Shown here: positions 38,377 through 49,032 of the stretch, piece after piece
Layout: each line of letters opens with the position of its first letter
How positions within the stretch are numbered: the first letter of the stretch is position 1
NCBI GenBank assembly: GCA_965112735.1
Contig: OZ218952.1
Span: forward strand, 4,278,001 to 4,342,000
Source: Phaeosaccion multiseriatum
Lineage: Eukaryota; Protista; Ochrophyta, other classes
DNA: 64,000 nucleotides
Reading direction: 5' to 3'
Program-made: the position numbers and the translations under genes
The notes under the pieces: generated by a model
What the model saw: only the letters and a program-made list of their open reading frames with translations
The model's database searches: none
Told to the model about the DNA's origin: nothing

Positions 38377-40942
38377 GTGCCCGCGTGTGTATGTAGGTGG
38401 AAGGCAAGGGGCTCGGTAACGGCCCTGAACTGCACCTGGCCGCCAGTCCTCTGGCCGCGGAGGGCGGGGGGGACCCCTCGTCCGCGCACCCCTCTCTGGA
38501 CTGGATCCGGCAAGTAGGCCTTTGCTTGACGGCCCAGCAGAGAGACGTGGGTCTGGACATTTCTCGGGCCATGAGCGGTTTTGAGGCAGCCCTACAGGAC
38601 AGGTCAGTCAGTCAGTCAGTCAGTCAGTCAGTGGGGCGGGGAGAGGGGAGACAGTTGAATTTATTCAAAGTCACTCTTTGTTCGTTCAGTTGTTTGATAT
38701 ATCATACGCCCTTGCTCCAGGGTCCATTGCCCTTAAAAGAAGGCGTGAGCCAGCACTGCTACACGCGTTGCTTGCTGCTGCTCCTGCTGCTGCTACTTAT
38801 GTCCTCTCCTCTCGCGTTGCTTCTCACTCTCCCTCTCTTCAGGAGTGGTCCCAGCTGTCGCCAGCCCTTTGCTCGTTACCTCATTGAGCCCACGCACAGC
38901 CAAGACTTGTCTGTCCGCCAGAGGCAGCGTGTGGACTGCGAGAGGCTCAGTCGTCGCCAACCCCGCCGCCTCCACTGCCTGTTGTACCAACTGCTGGGCC
39001 TCTACACGGAACAGCAGGGCAGCAGCCCGGCCGCGTGCCTGGACCCTCTGTGCGTGACGCCAGACGTGCTTGACTATCGCCACTCTTGGCACCTCATGTC
39101 CATGCTGGATGCCCTGCAGCTGCCCTACCCTGCACTGACGCCCATGCAGCGGTTTCAGGTGGCGGACAGTTTTGTGTTTAATCTTCTCGCCGCGGGGCTG
39201 TGGGAGTGGGCGGTGTACGTGCTCCTGCATTGGGATCACAGAGCAAAGAGGGAGCAGCGGATGGGCGTGGGGCGATGGAGGGGCGGCAGGGGTAGACGCA
39301 GAGGGAGGAGGGGTGGGGGTGGGGGGGGTGTTGACACGGAAGGCGGGTCCACCGACGAAGAGGAGGAGGAGGAGGACGATGACGACCAAGAAGAAGAAGA
39401 GTGGGCGGATGAGGCCCTCCGGCGGCAGCAGGCAGATGAAGACGAGGCGAGGAGCGCAGCGGTGAGGGAGGTGCTACTGCGACACGCCTCCGAGCTGGAC
39501 ATGAGTGGCGACAAGGCCCGGTGGTTGGTGAGAGACCTTGGTGTGCCCAAGGCGTGGCTGGAGGAGTCAGCGGCGCTGAGGGCTGGCTACGAGCATCGCG
39601 AGAAGGAGCACGTCATCAGGTTGTTGGGTGCTGGCCTGTGGGGTAGGGCGCACGACGCCATGATGAGCACCATCGCCCCCTGGTTGCTGAGCATGGGGGC
39701 CACCAAAGTGGACATGCTCCGAGACTGGCTCACCCTGCTTGAGCCGCACAGCGACGAGCCACTCAGAGCGGCGGCCCTTCCCTTCTGGCCCACGCGAGGA
39801 GGTGCGTGTGTGTGTGTGTGTGTGTGCGTGCGTGTGTGGGTGTGCGCATATGTGGAGGGGCGTGCGGTAGTTGGCACTTGCGGTCGTCTCGTTTTCCGCG
39901 CGCGTGTGTGCGTGTGTGTACGACATAAAGAACGCACGCACGCACGAACACCCATGTGGACAGCAATCGGAGAGGCTGAGGTGTATTCGTTTGTTTCCCT
40001 TCCCTCCGTCCCTCCACCGGCCCTCCCTCCCTCAACTGTTCAGAACATGCTCCCTACGCTTTGCCTCATTCGCACTCCTTCACCCCCTCCCCCGTCCTTT
40101 GCTCCGTTGCTCGACAACGACGTGTTGTGTCCGTATTGGGCTCTCGTTCTATGGACTATCAATCGTCTCCTCTCGGTTTATTTATGGACTATCCTCAGGA
40201 ATCGTGCTGGACTACTTGAGGCTCACAGAGAAGGTAGACGGACTCGCTGCCCAAGCCAGAGACATGGTAAGGAGGGAGGGAGGGAGGGAGGGAGGGGGGA
40301 GAGAAGACGAGAGAGAGGAGGACGTACGAGCACGATTAGGTACAGAAGAGGAGAAATAAACTGGAGTGCCCTCACGCTCACATTTGCTTGCTTGCTTGGT
40401 TTCCGTTTCTGTAATCTTCAGGATGAAGACGAGGCGGGGGAGGCGGTGTACGACCTGCAGGATGATGTGATGGACTTGGCAGAGCGCTTGAGGGAGGCCC
40501 CCGCGGTGCTGGTCAGCTCCTACCACACCACCTGCGTTACCAAGGCACAGGTAGGGGGAGGAGTGCTACTGACTGACTCGAGACAAAGCACCAACGCTGC
40601 GTTGAAAGAGTTGGCTACATTGGCAGGAATGCGCATCTCTTTCTCTCTCACATCTCTCTTTTGAAGTCTTTCATCCTCCTCTCTCCCTCACTCTCGTGAC
40701 TCCGTTTGTCTGTGTCTCTGTTGCCCGCGTCTGTCCATCCGTCCCTCCAGGAGCGAATGGCGTTCGTGTGTCGGCTCGAAATGGAGACGAACGTGGCGCA
40801 GATGCTTGTGCAGCTCGGAGGCACCTCGCTCAGGCAGCTCGCACAGACAACAATGGATGCCAGCAAGAGGCAGGAGCAGTTGCTCACATACACAGACAGC
40901 TTCATTGCACAGGCCAATCAAAGCATTGGGGCGGCACAGTGA
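28457..40942 (+). CDS. NUP98: Nuclear pore complex protein NUP98-NUP96 precursor, ~18 exons
   Basis: Starts MSFGFGG, followed by FG/SLFG repeats and a GLEBS motif (LQSITAMPAYAGKSFEELRMEDY). The autoproteolytic domain (REGYG-SIEWIEPVDLRGVDLD...LNKPARVTF...FESYDRNTGTW-VFRVEHFSRY) has HFS at 34900-34908. The Nup96 part includes GRSFRASFGPSGQL, LDWIRQVGLCL and GLWEWAVYVLLH. Confidence 0.95.
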
Positions 40943-41448
40943 GGGGAGGCGGGGAAATGCAGCTACCCTCTTAACGACTGTAGGATCATGCCGTACTGAG
41001 GAGGGGTAGGTGGGTGGGTGGAAGGGGGGGCAGCAGTCAACAGTAGAATGGAAAATAGGTAATTATGTTCGCATTTCTTACCTAAGTCTAATGAAGATTT
41101 TGATAGATTGACCATCTCTTCTTGCTGGCGCTGAAGGGAGGAGGGGCGGGGCCAGTATTTATTGTGCAGCAGCAGCAGCAGCAGCAGCAGCAGCGGCAAA
41201 GAAAGACGATGCGCTCCCTTGCCTCGCACCGCATCCACACCCAAGCAAGCGCCAGCCCAACCGGACGATTTAATTCCACTCTCTTCACATTTTTCAGTTT
41301 GTACATGCATTATTTTATTCTAGAGACCACGCTCAGCGGCAGGCGGCAACCGTTTTCAGCAGAGCCGCCTCCTTTGTATATAAACACTCTTCGACCTTCT
41401 CCCTTGCACTGGACCAGGGGATCGGGTAGACAACGACTAGACCACTGA

Positions 41449-42239
41449 CTAGACCATGGGATAGGAGGCACAATCCGCCAGACCGCACATGTTCTTCCCA
41501 CGCGCAATCTTAAAGTAACCGTCAAGGCCCCAATCCGCACCCCAAGAGTTCTTGACGAGCCAATAGTCCGTCCCCTCTCCTGCCTCCCCTCCTTCTCCCT
41601 CGGTGCCATAGCCCACCGCCAGCACCGCGTGGTTCACCTCCTCAGGCTCCGTGCCACAAGTTGGGTTGTCATACACGCCAAACGCGAAGGACTTAAAGTC
41701 CGGCGCCACTTGGAAGGCGATGCTCACCGGGCCGACAGTCCCCACAGCTTCGTACAGCTCCTCTTCCGACTTGTACGTGATATTCACAGATCTCTGCACC
41801 GTGGCACCAATGCCCTCTTCGATGAAAGCGCAGTCGCCGCCCACAGCATCGTAAGGGTATGCCTCTTCCGTGTCCAGGCCGGTGTTGTAGCGAACGTACT
41901 CAAACGCGTGCGAAGGGAGGCCTCCGTTGCACCCGTGATTGTCAAAGGCCTCGGCACAGTCCACCAGCTGCTGCTCGCTCAGGAGCACCATATCTCCCGT
42001 CTTGAGGAAGTGGTGGCTCTCCAGGCAGCCTGTGGTGGAGAAGGTCCAGCAAGACCCGCAGTGGCCCTGGTTCTTGACCGGTGATACCGCCCCCTGCTCC
42101 CTCCAGTCCATCTGCTGCGGCACCTGAGTAGGGTCGGGTCTCTGAAACTGACCCAAGGTGTGGGTGGCGGAGCAGTTCTGGGAGCTTGTGTGGATCATCA
42201 AGTAGGCATCCTTGAACTCGTCCCTGCGTGTACGTACGT

Positions 42240-42294
<55 letters not shown>

Positions 42295-42298
42295 GTGC

Positions 42299-42365
<67 letters not shown>

Positions 42366-43124
42366 GTGCGAGTGTGTGTGCGCGTGAGAGAGAGTCAGAG
42401 TGAGTATAGAGAGGGAAAGTGTGTATACTTGGGTGTGTACTACGTGCGGGCCCTTCCTCCCCGCTTCCCTCCCTCCTTACCTCCCTCCCACCCCCACTCA
42501 CCAGCTCATATCCGAGAACTTATTAAGACCCAGCCCGTAGCCCTTCGCCGGCGGGCCTCCCACGGCAACACCCAGGGGAGCAGCGCCCGCGCTTTCCCGC
42601 AAGTTGTGCTCAGATACCTCCTGCAGTGTCTCGCGGAAGATGGCGAACCGCTTCCTCTCCTCCGCCACGGAGCTGTAGCTCTTGCCGTGCGTCTTCTTCC
42701 ATTCATCAAACATGGCCGGGGCCGCAAGCAGCGTCTCTTTGAGCTGGAAATCGTGACTCCTCTCCTCCTCCTGCAAGCTCAGAGACGGCGTGAACATATC
42801 TCTCATCATGGCGTTGCGCGGGGCAGCCTCCCCATCAACCTCCGCGCCAGCCTTCCCCGCGGCGTCAGCACAGTGGAAGACACTCGGTGGAAGTTTCGAA
42901 GCCATGTCTGAAGGAAGGCACTCAGAGGGCACCGCACCGGCCTCGCACCAAACGCAGGCGACACCGGATGCGCTGTCGGTACTGCCCGCGCACGAACTGG
43001 CGCTTTCGGAGAGGCATGAGCTATCCAACACATCGCCAAGAACTTTTTGAAGCAGACCGCTCTCAGCACTGGTACTGGCCACGCATGACACTGCCAGCAC
43101 CTCAAGAATGTGAATGCCTCGCAT
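41449..43124 (-). CDS. CTSH: Cathepsin H-like papain-family (C1A) cysteine protease; 2 exons (43124-42502, 42223-41449)
   Basis: Signal peptide; I29-type prodomain (FDEWKKTHGKSY...RFAIF...LNKFSDMSW); minichain-like SQNCSATH; catalytic QGHCGSCWTFS, VNHAVLAVGYG and YWLVKNSWG. Confidence 0.93.
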
Positions 43125-43721
43125 GTTTCTCTTGGTGTGTTATGTTGATGTCGTGTTTTACTCTTTTCGTCAGGACAATGATTTGAAACTCACATTCACC
43201 CACTCACACACACCAAGCAAGTTGTTTACTTTAAGTACCCTTGCACCAAGCCTTGCACACACGCACCCACAGCATCGCTATTGAAAGTGAGGTCCCTCTC
43301 GTTCGTGCGTCGTAGTCCATGCAGCGCTTGCTCCAGGCCTGCGTCGTCTGGTGTATAAAGAACGAGTCCTATTTAAAGCCCCACAGCCCTTCGCTCTCTC
43401 TCGAAGGGCAAGCGAATTGTAGCGAGAGATGCATCCATGAGTACTTCTAGTAGTCATATCACGCTCTCCAGGTGCGCTGATCCATCGACACTCAAGGGCG
43501 CCACACTCGACACCCAACTCATCTGCCGAGGGGGGTGCGTCTCCCTCCCGAGGAGGCCAACAGTCTACCCCTGCTCAACAGACATTCTCGGGCGTCCAGT
43601 AGGAGCTGCAGACACCACAGCTTCACCATCAGCGCTCTACTCACACGGCGAGACAAGAGAGACAGACAAGACCCGTCCCCAGCCGCGATAGGACGGGAAA
43701 CCAATCACAACCCGGGTGTGT

Positions 43722-45311
43722 CTAATTCCCTCCATCGACCCGCATCACCACCCTCCCCGGGTTGTGTTCGTCTTCCCATACTTCGACGCCAGGCCTCTGC
43801 TGCAAATAGGCCAGCACCGCGGGCTTGAGAACGCTGACACCATCCTCGCTGCCTCGGCCTCGCCCTGTGATGACTTTGATCTCAGCTCCCGCCTGCTCCC
43901 CTGAGAGCACGTGACGAAGCGCTGCCTTGCTCGTTCCCCTGGTGAAGTCGTGCAAGTCCATCTTCCTCCCAGGCTCCAGCCAGTGTGTGAAGACCCCTTG
44001 CGATACGGCCTCTGCGTATAGCTCGTCAGCAGCCTCCTCGTCGCCACCCTCCTGCAAAGCATCAACGGTAGCGCTGTAGGTGATCTGATTGGGGGCAAGT
44101 CCTTTCTCCTTCATCTCTTTGAAGAGCTTCAGGGCCTCCACGTGGTTGTTGCCGTTGCCACACGCAGTGATGGCTGTGCTGTAGCTGATCACATCTGGCG
44201 TGAGTCCTACCGCCTTCATCTCATTGAAGAGCTTCAGGGCCTCCACGTGGTTGTTGCCGTTACCACACGCAGTAATGGCTGCACTGTAGCTGATCACATT
44301 TGGCGTGAGTCCTATCGCCTTGATCTCATTGAAAAGCATCAGGGCCTCCACGTGGTTGTCGCCACATGCAGTAATGGCTGCACTATAGCTGATAACATCA
44401 GGCCTGAGTCTTGCCGCCTTCATGTCTCTGAGGAGCTTCAGAGCCTCCACGTGGTTGCTGCCGTTGCCGCATGCAGTAATGGCTGCATTGTAGCTGATCA
44501 CATTAGGCCTGAGTCCTACCGCCTTCATCTCCTTGAAGAGCTTCAGGGCCTCCACGTGGTTGTTGTCGTTGCCACATGCAATTATGGCTGAATTGAAGCT
44601 GATAACATCAGGCTTGAGTCCTACCGCCTTCATCTCATTGAAGAGGTTGAGGGCCTGTGTACTTTCGCCAGCTCTGCTACACGCCGTGATGATAGTGCTG
44701 TAGGTCTTCTCGTTAGGGGCGATTCCCTCGTCCTTCATCTCATTGAATGTCTTCAGGGCCTCCACGTGGTTGTTGGCATTGGCACACGCAGTAATGGTGG
44801 TACTAAAGCTGATAACATCTGGCTTGAGTCCTTCCTCTTTCAAAACCCTGAGGAGATGCAAGGCCTCCACGTGGTTCTTGGCATTGGCACAAGCGGTAAT
44901 GACTGAGTTATAGCTGACAACACTCGGCTCAATGCCCTCCTTCTTCATCTCTTCCAGAAGTTTCAAAGCGCCCCTCCACCGCCCGCACTTCCCAATCGCG
45001 GAAATCGCAGCACTCAAACAGTACAGATTGGGCTGCAGGCCCTCTCGCCGTGCGCGTTCCAGAGTAGGCGCGACTCTCTTCCAGTCCTTGCTTGCACCCA
45101 GAGCTTGGATCTCCCTCATGAGCTGCTTCTGCCTCGCCTTGTCACCCCCCCCCCGTCCCCCATTCGAGTAGCAGGAGCATTGTGGGCATTGTGGAAGGGA
45201 GAGCGCAGTCTCTGCCCCACGTTCTGCAGCAGTGCTTCCTAACGGTCTTGCCCTCCTGCCAATGCAGGTCCTGACCACCCTCCTCAACGACATCACTCGC
45301 ATCATCAGCAT
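43722..45311 (-). CDS. PPR-SMR protein 1 (9 PPR motifs + cap + Smr domain), intronless, 529 aa from the MLMMRV start
   Basis: 35-aa P-class repeats (VISYSAAITACGNGNNHVEALKLFNEMKAVGLTPD). The C-terminal MDLHDFTRGTSKAALRHVL...VITGRGRGS...LKPAVLAYL...NPGRVVM is an Smr domain. Start chosen by homology with the paralogs. Confidence 0.92.
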   Translation of the reverse strand: MLMMRVMSLRRVVRTCIGRRARPLGSTAAERGAETALSLPQCPQCSCYSNGGRGGGDKARQKQLMREIQALGASKDWKRVAPTLERARREGLQPNLYCLSAAISAIGKCGRWRGALKLLEEMKKEGIEPSVVSYNSVITACANAKNHVEALHLLRVLKEEGLKPDVISFSTTITACANANNHVEALKTFNEMKDEGIAPNEKTYSTIITACSRAGESTQALNLFNEMKAVGLKPDVISFNSAIIACGNDNNHVEALKLFKEMKAVGLRPNVISYNAAITACGNGSNHVEALKLLRDMKAARLRPDVISYSAAITACGDNHVEALMLFNEIKAIGLTPNVISYSAAITACGNGNNHVEALKLFNEMKAVGLTPDVISYSTAITACGNGNNHVEALKLFKEMKEKGLAPNQITYSATVDALQEGGDEEAADELYAEAVSQGVFTHWLEPGRKMDLHDFTRGTSKAALRHVLSGEQAGAEIKVITGRGRGSEDGVSVLKPAVLAYLQQRPGVEVWEDEHNPGRVVMRVDGGN

Positions 45312-45917
45312 TGCAGAGGTGTGTACGCAGAACAGCTTCTCCTCGGTTTTGGTGGGTTGTTTGAGACAAGAAGTCCTTATACTTGGCGACCACCTACAGC
45401 AGCTGGTACTTCGTGAGCGGCTTTTCACACACACACCCACACACACACACACACACACATACACACCCACACCATACACCCACACACGCCCTCAACCCCC
45501 CGACCCACGGCATCGCTACTGAGCGTGAGATCCCTCTTGCTCGTGTGTCATAGTCTATGCAGCGCTTGCTCCAGGCCTGCTTCCTCTGGTGTATAAAGAA
45601 CGAATCCTATTCAAAATTGGGGTGGGGGCTCTTCCCCTGCCCAGCCCTTCTGTGAAAAGGGCAAGCGAATTGTAGCGAGAGATACATCCATGAGTACTTC
45701 TCGTAGTCATATCACGCTCTCCAGGCGCGCTGATCTATCGACACTCAAGGGCGCCACACTCGACGCCCAACTCATCTGCCGAGGGGGGCGGGCCGCGTCT
45801 CCCCCCCGAGCAGGTCAACAGCCTAGCTACCCCCGCTCAACAGACGTTCTCGAGCGTCCGGTAGGAGCTGCAGACACCACAGCTTCACCATCAGCGCTCT
45901 ACTCAGACGGCGAGACA

Positions 45918-46001
<84 letters not shown>

Positions 46002-46161
46002 CCCGTCCCCAGTCCAGAAGCGGGCCCAAAAGAATGGCCTGGCCAGGCATGGTTCCTCCCGAGGGAAAAGGAGCTACCACCAGGAAATGCACAGACAGAC
46101 AGACAGGCCGACACATCCCCAGAAGCGACAGGATGGCACGCCAAACACAACCCGGGTGTGT

Positions 46162-47970
46162 CTAACTCCCTCCATCGACCCGCATCACCACCCTCCCCGG
46201 GTTGTGTTCGTCTTCCCATACTTCGACGCCAGGCCTCTCCTGCAAGTAGGCCAGCACCGCGGGCTTGAGAACGCTGACGCAGTCCTCGCTGCCTCGGCCC
46301 CGGCCTGTGATGACTTTGATCTCACCCTCCACCTTCTCCACTGAGAGCACGTGACGAAGCGCTGCCTTGCTCATTCCCCGGGTGAAGTCGTGCAAGTCCA
46401 TCTTCCTCCCAGGTTCGAGCCAGTGTGTGAAGACCCCTTGCGACACGGCCTCTGAGTACACCTCGTCAGCAGCCTCCTCGTCGCCACCCTCCTGCAAAGC
46501 GTCAACGGTAACCCTGTAGCTGAACACATTTGGCTTGAGTCCTACCGCCTTCATTTCTTTGAAGAGCTTCAGGGCCTCCACGTGGTTGTTGCCGTTGCCA
46601 CACGCAGTGATGGCTGCGCTGTAGCTGATCACATTAGGCTTGAGTCCTACCGCCTTCATCTCATTGAAGAGCTTCAGGGCCTCCGCGTGGTTACTGCCGT
46701 TGCCACACGCAGTAATGGCTGCACTGAAGCTGATCACATTAGGCCTGAGTCCTACCGCCTTCATCTCTTTGAAGAGCTTCAGGGCCTCCACGTGGTTGTT
46801 GTCGCCACATGCAGTGATGGCTGTGCTGTAGCTGATCACATCAGGCGTGAGTCCTACCGCCTTCATCTCTTTGAAAAGGTTCAGGGCCTCCACGTGGTTG
46901 TTGCCGTTGCCACACGCAGTAATGGCTGCACTATAGCTGATCACATTCGGCTTGAGTCCTGTCGCCTTCATCTCATTGAAAAGCTTCAGGGCCTCCACGT
47001 GATTGTTGTCGCCACATGCAGTAATGGCTGCACTATAGCTGATAACATCAGGCTTGAGTCCTACCGCCTTCATCTCCTTGAAAAGATTCAGAGCCTCGAC
47101 GTGATTGCTGCCGTTGCCACACGCAGTAATGGCTGCGTTATAGCTGATCACATTTGGCTTCAGTCCTACCGCCTTCATCTTCATCTTCATCTCCTTGAAG
47201 AGCTTCAGGGCCTCCACGTGGTTGTTGTCGTTGCCACATGCAGTAACGGCTGCACTGTAGCTGATCACATCAGGCGTGAGTCCTACCGCCTTCATCTCCT
47301 TGAAGAGCTTCAGGGCCTGGGCACTTTCGCCAGCTCTGCTATACGATGTGATGATAGTGCCGTAGGTCCTCTCGTTAGGGGCGATTCCTTCCTCCTTCAT
47401 CTCATTGAAGAGCTTCAGAGCCTCCACGTGGTTGTTGTCGTTGGCACACGCAGTAATAGTGGTACTGTAGCTGATAACATTAGGCTTGAGTCCTACCTCC
47501 TTCATCTCCCTGAGCAGACGCAAGGCCTCCACGTGGTTCTTGGCATTGGCACAAGCGGTAATGACTGAGTTATAGCTGACAACACTCGGCTCCATGCCCT
47601 CCTTCTTCATCTCTTCCAGAAGTTTCAAAGCGCCCCTCCACCGCCCGCACTTCCCAATCGCGGAAATCGCAGCACTCAAACAGTACGGATCGGGCTGCAG
47701 GCCCTCTCGCCGTGCGCGTTCCAGAGTAGGCGCGACTCTCTTCCAGTCCTTGCTTGCACCCAGAGCTTGGATCTCCCTCATGAGCTGCCTCTGTCTCGCC
47801 TTGTCACCCCCCCCCTGTCCCCCATTCGAGTAGCAGGACCATTGTGGGCATTGTGGAAGGGAGAGCGCAGCCTCTGCCCCACGTTCTGCAGCAGTGCTTC
47901 CTAACGGTCTTGCCCTCCTGCCAATGCAGGTCCTGACCCTCCTCAACGACATCACTCGCATCATCAGCAT
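46162..47970 (-). CDS. PPR-SMR protein 2 (11 PPR motifs + cap + Smr domain), intronless, 602 aa
   Basis: Same architecture as copy 1, with a near-identical N-terminus and Smr domain. Confidence 0.93.
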   Translation of the reverse strand: MLMMRVMSLRRVRTCIGRRARPLGSTAAERGAEAALSLPQCPQWSCYSNGGQGGGDKARQRQLMREIQALGASKDWKRVAPTLERARREGLQPDPYCLSAAISAIGKCGRWRGALKLLEEMKKEGMEPSVVSYNSVITACANAKNHVEALRLLREMKEVGLKPNVISYSTTITACANDNNHVEALKLFNEMKEEGIAPNERTYGTIITSYSRAGESAQALKLFKEMKAVGLTPDVISYSAAVTACGNDNNHVEALKLFKEMKMKMKAVGLKPNVISYNAAITACGNGSNHVEALNLFKEMKAVGLKPDVISYSAAITACGDNNHVEALKLFNEMKATGLKPNVISYSAAITACGNGNNHVEALNLFKEMKAVGLTPDVISYSTAITACGDNNHVEALKLFKEMKAVGLRPNVISFSAAITACGNGSNHAEALKLFNEMKAVGLKPNVISYSAAITACGNGNNHVEALKLFKEMKAVGLKPNVFSYRVTVDALQEGGDEEAADEVYSEAVSQGVFTHWLEPGRKMDLHDFTRGMSKAALRHVLSVEKVEGEIKVITGRGRGSEDCVSVLKPAVLAYLQERPGVEVWEDEHNPGRVVMRVDGGS

Positions 47971-48324
47971 TGCAGAGGTGTGTACGCAGAACAGCTTCTC
48001 CTCGGTTTTGTTGTTTTGTTTGAGACAAGAAGTCCTTATACTTGGCGACCACCTGCAGCAGCTGGTACTTCGTGAGCGGCTTTTTGATGGGTGTTTGAAT
48101 TTTTAATTTAGGGCGGGGTGGGCAGGGGGGGTGAGACGCAATGGGTCTCACCCGGGGTGACACCTAGCACGCCCGCGGCTTTTCATCACGCTCGACCTCG
48201 AGGGCTAAGTTCCCCGGGGCGGTGAGACATTACTTTTAGACAACCATAGATGGCACTTAAGGGTGTAATATATAGACCATCACGCTCCACATCACGCACA
48301 CACACATGCACACACACACACATA

Positions 48325-48372
<48 letters not shown>

Positions 48373-49032
48373 ACCCACACCATACACCCACACACGCCCT
48401 CAACCCCCCGACCCACGGCATCGCTACTGAGTGTGAGGTCCCTCTTGCTCGTGTGTCATAGTCCATCCAGAGCTTAATCCAGGCCTGCTTCCTCTGGTGT
48501 ATATAGAACGAGTCCTGGTTCCGCTGGGGTGGGGGCTCTTCTTCTCGTCCACTTTCTCTCCAAGGCAAGCGAATTGTTGATACATGTGTCCAAAATTACT
48601 TTTAAAATCATACCGCGCCATCCCGCAGGCACGTTGATACATCAGCATTATCCCCGCTCGACAGGCGTTCTCGGGCGTCCGGTTGGAGCTCTGCACAAAC
48701 CATAGCTTCCCCATCAGCAGCAGGGCTCTGCTCACAGGGCGAGATAGGCAGGCAGACAAGACCCGTCCCCAGTTTTGAAGTGGGCCCGAAAGGGTGGCCT
48801 GGCCATCCATGCTTCCGCCCAGGGGGGGGCGGGGGGTAGGCCCACCCACCTCTCGCCGGCCCGCTGGCTCGAGCTGCCCGCCATGGATGGAGACGTCGAC
48901 TAGCTAGAAGCTACTGCCAGGAAATGCGATCATCCAGCTCACTCCCGTTCAGAGAAGAGTGCACAGACAGAGAGATAGGCCGACACGCCTCAGCATCACA
49001 CAAACATTAATACAAAAGCGGAGTTGGTCTAC

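Noticed and set aside
45312-45485. Longer N-terminus of PPR-SMR copy 1 in the ORF track
   Set aside because: It runs through a (GT)n repeat from a non-ATG start; the paralogs start at the MLMM/MLLM methionine.
44142-47568. Plus-strand repetitive ORFs antisense to the PPR genes (e.g. 46582-47568)
   Set aside because: Shadow ORFs caused by codon bias and the 105-nt PPR periodicity.
48086-48290. ~200-bp segment upstream of PPR-SMR copy 2 absent upstream of copy 1, containing a small hairpin (GGTGAGAC...GTCTCACC)
   Set aside because: No clear terminal repeats or TSD; I cannot distinguish insertion from deletion, so it is not called a mobile element.
48901-48908. TAGCTAGA matches the predicted target of PPR-SMR copy 1 inside the array spacer
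   Set aside because: A degenerate 8-mer is expected by chance in 64 kb on two strands, and the perfect match is antisense to the PPR transcripts.
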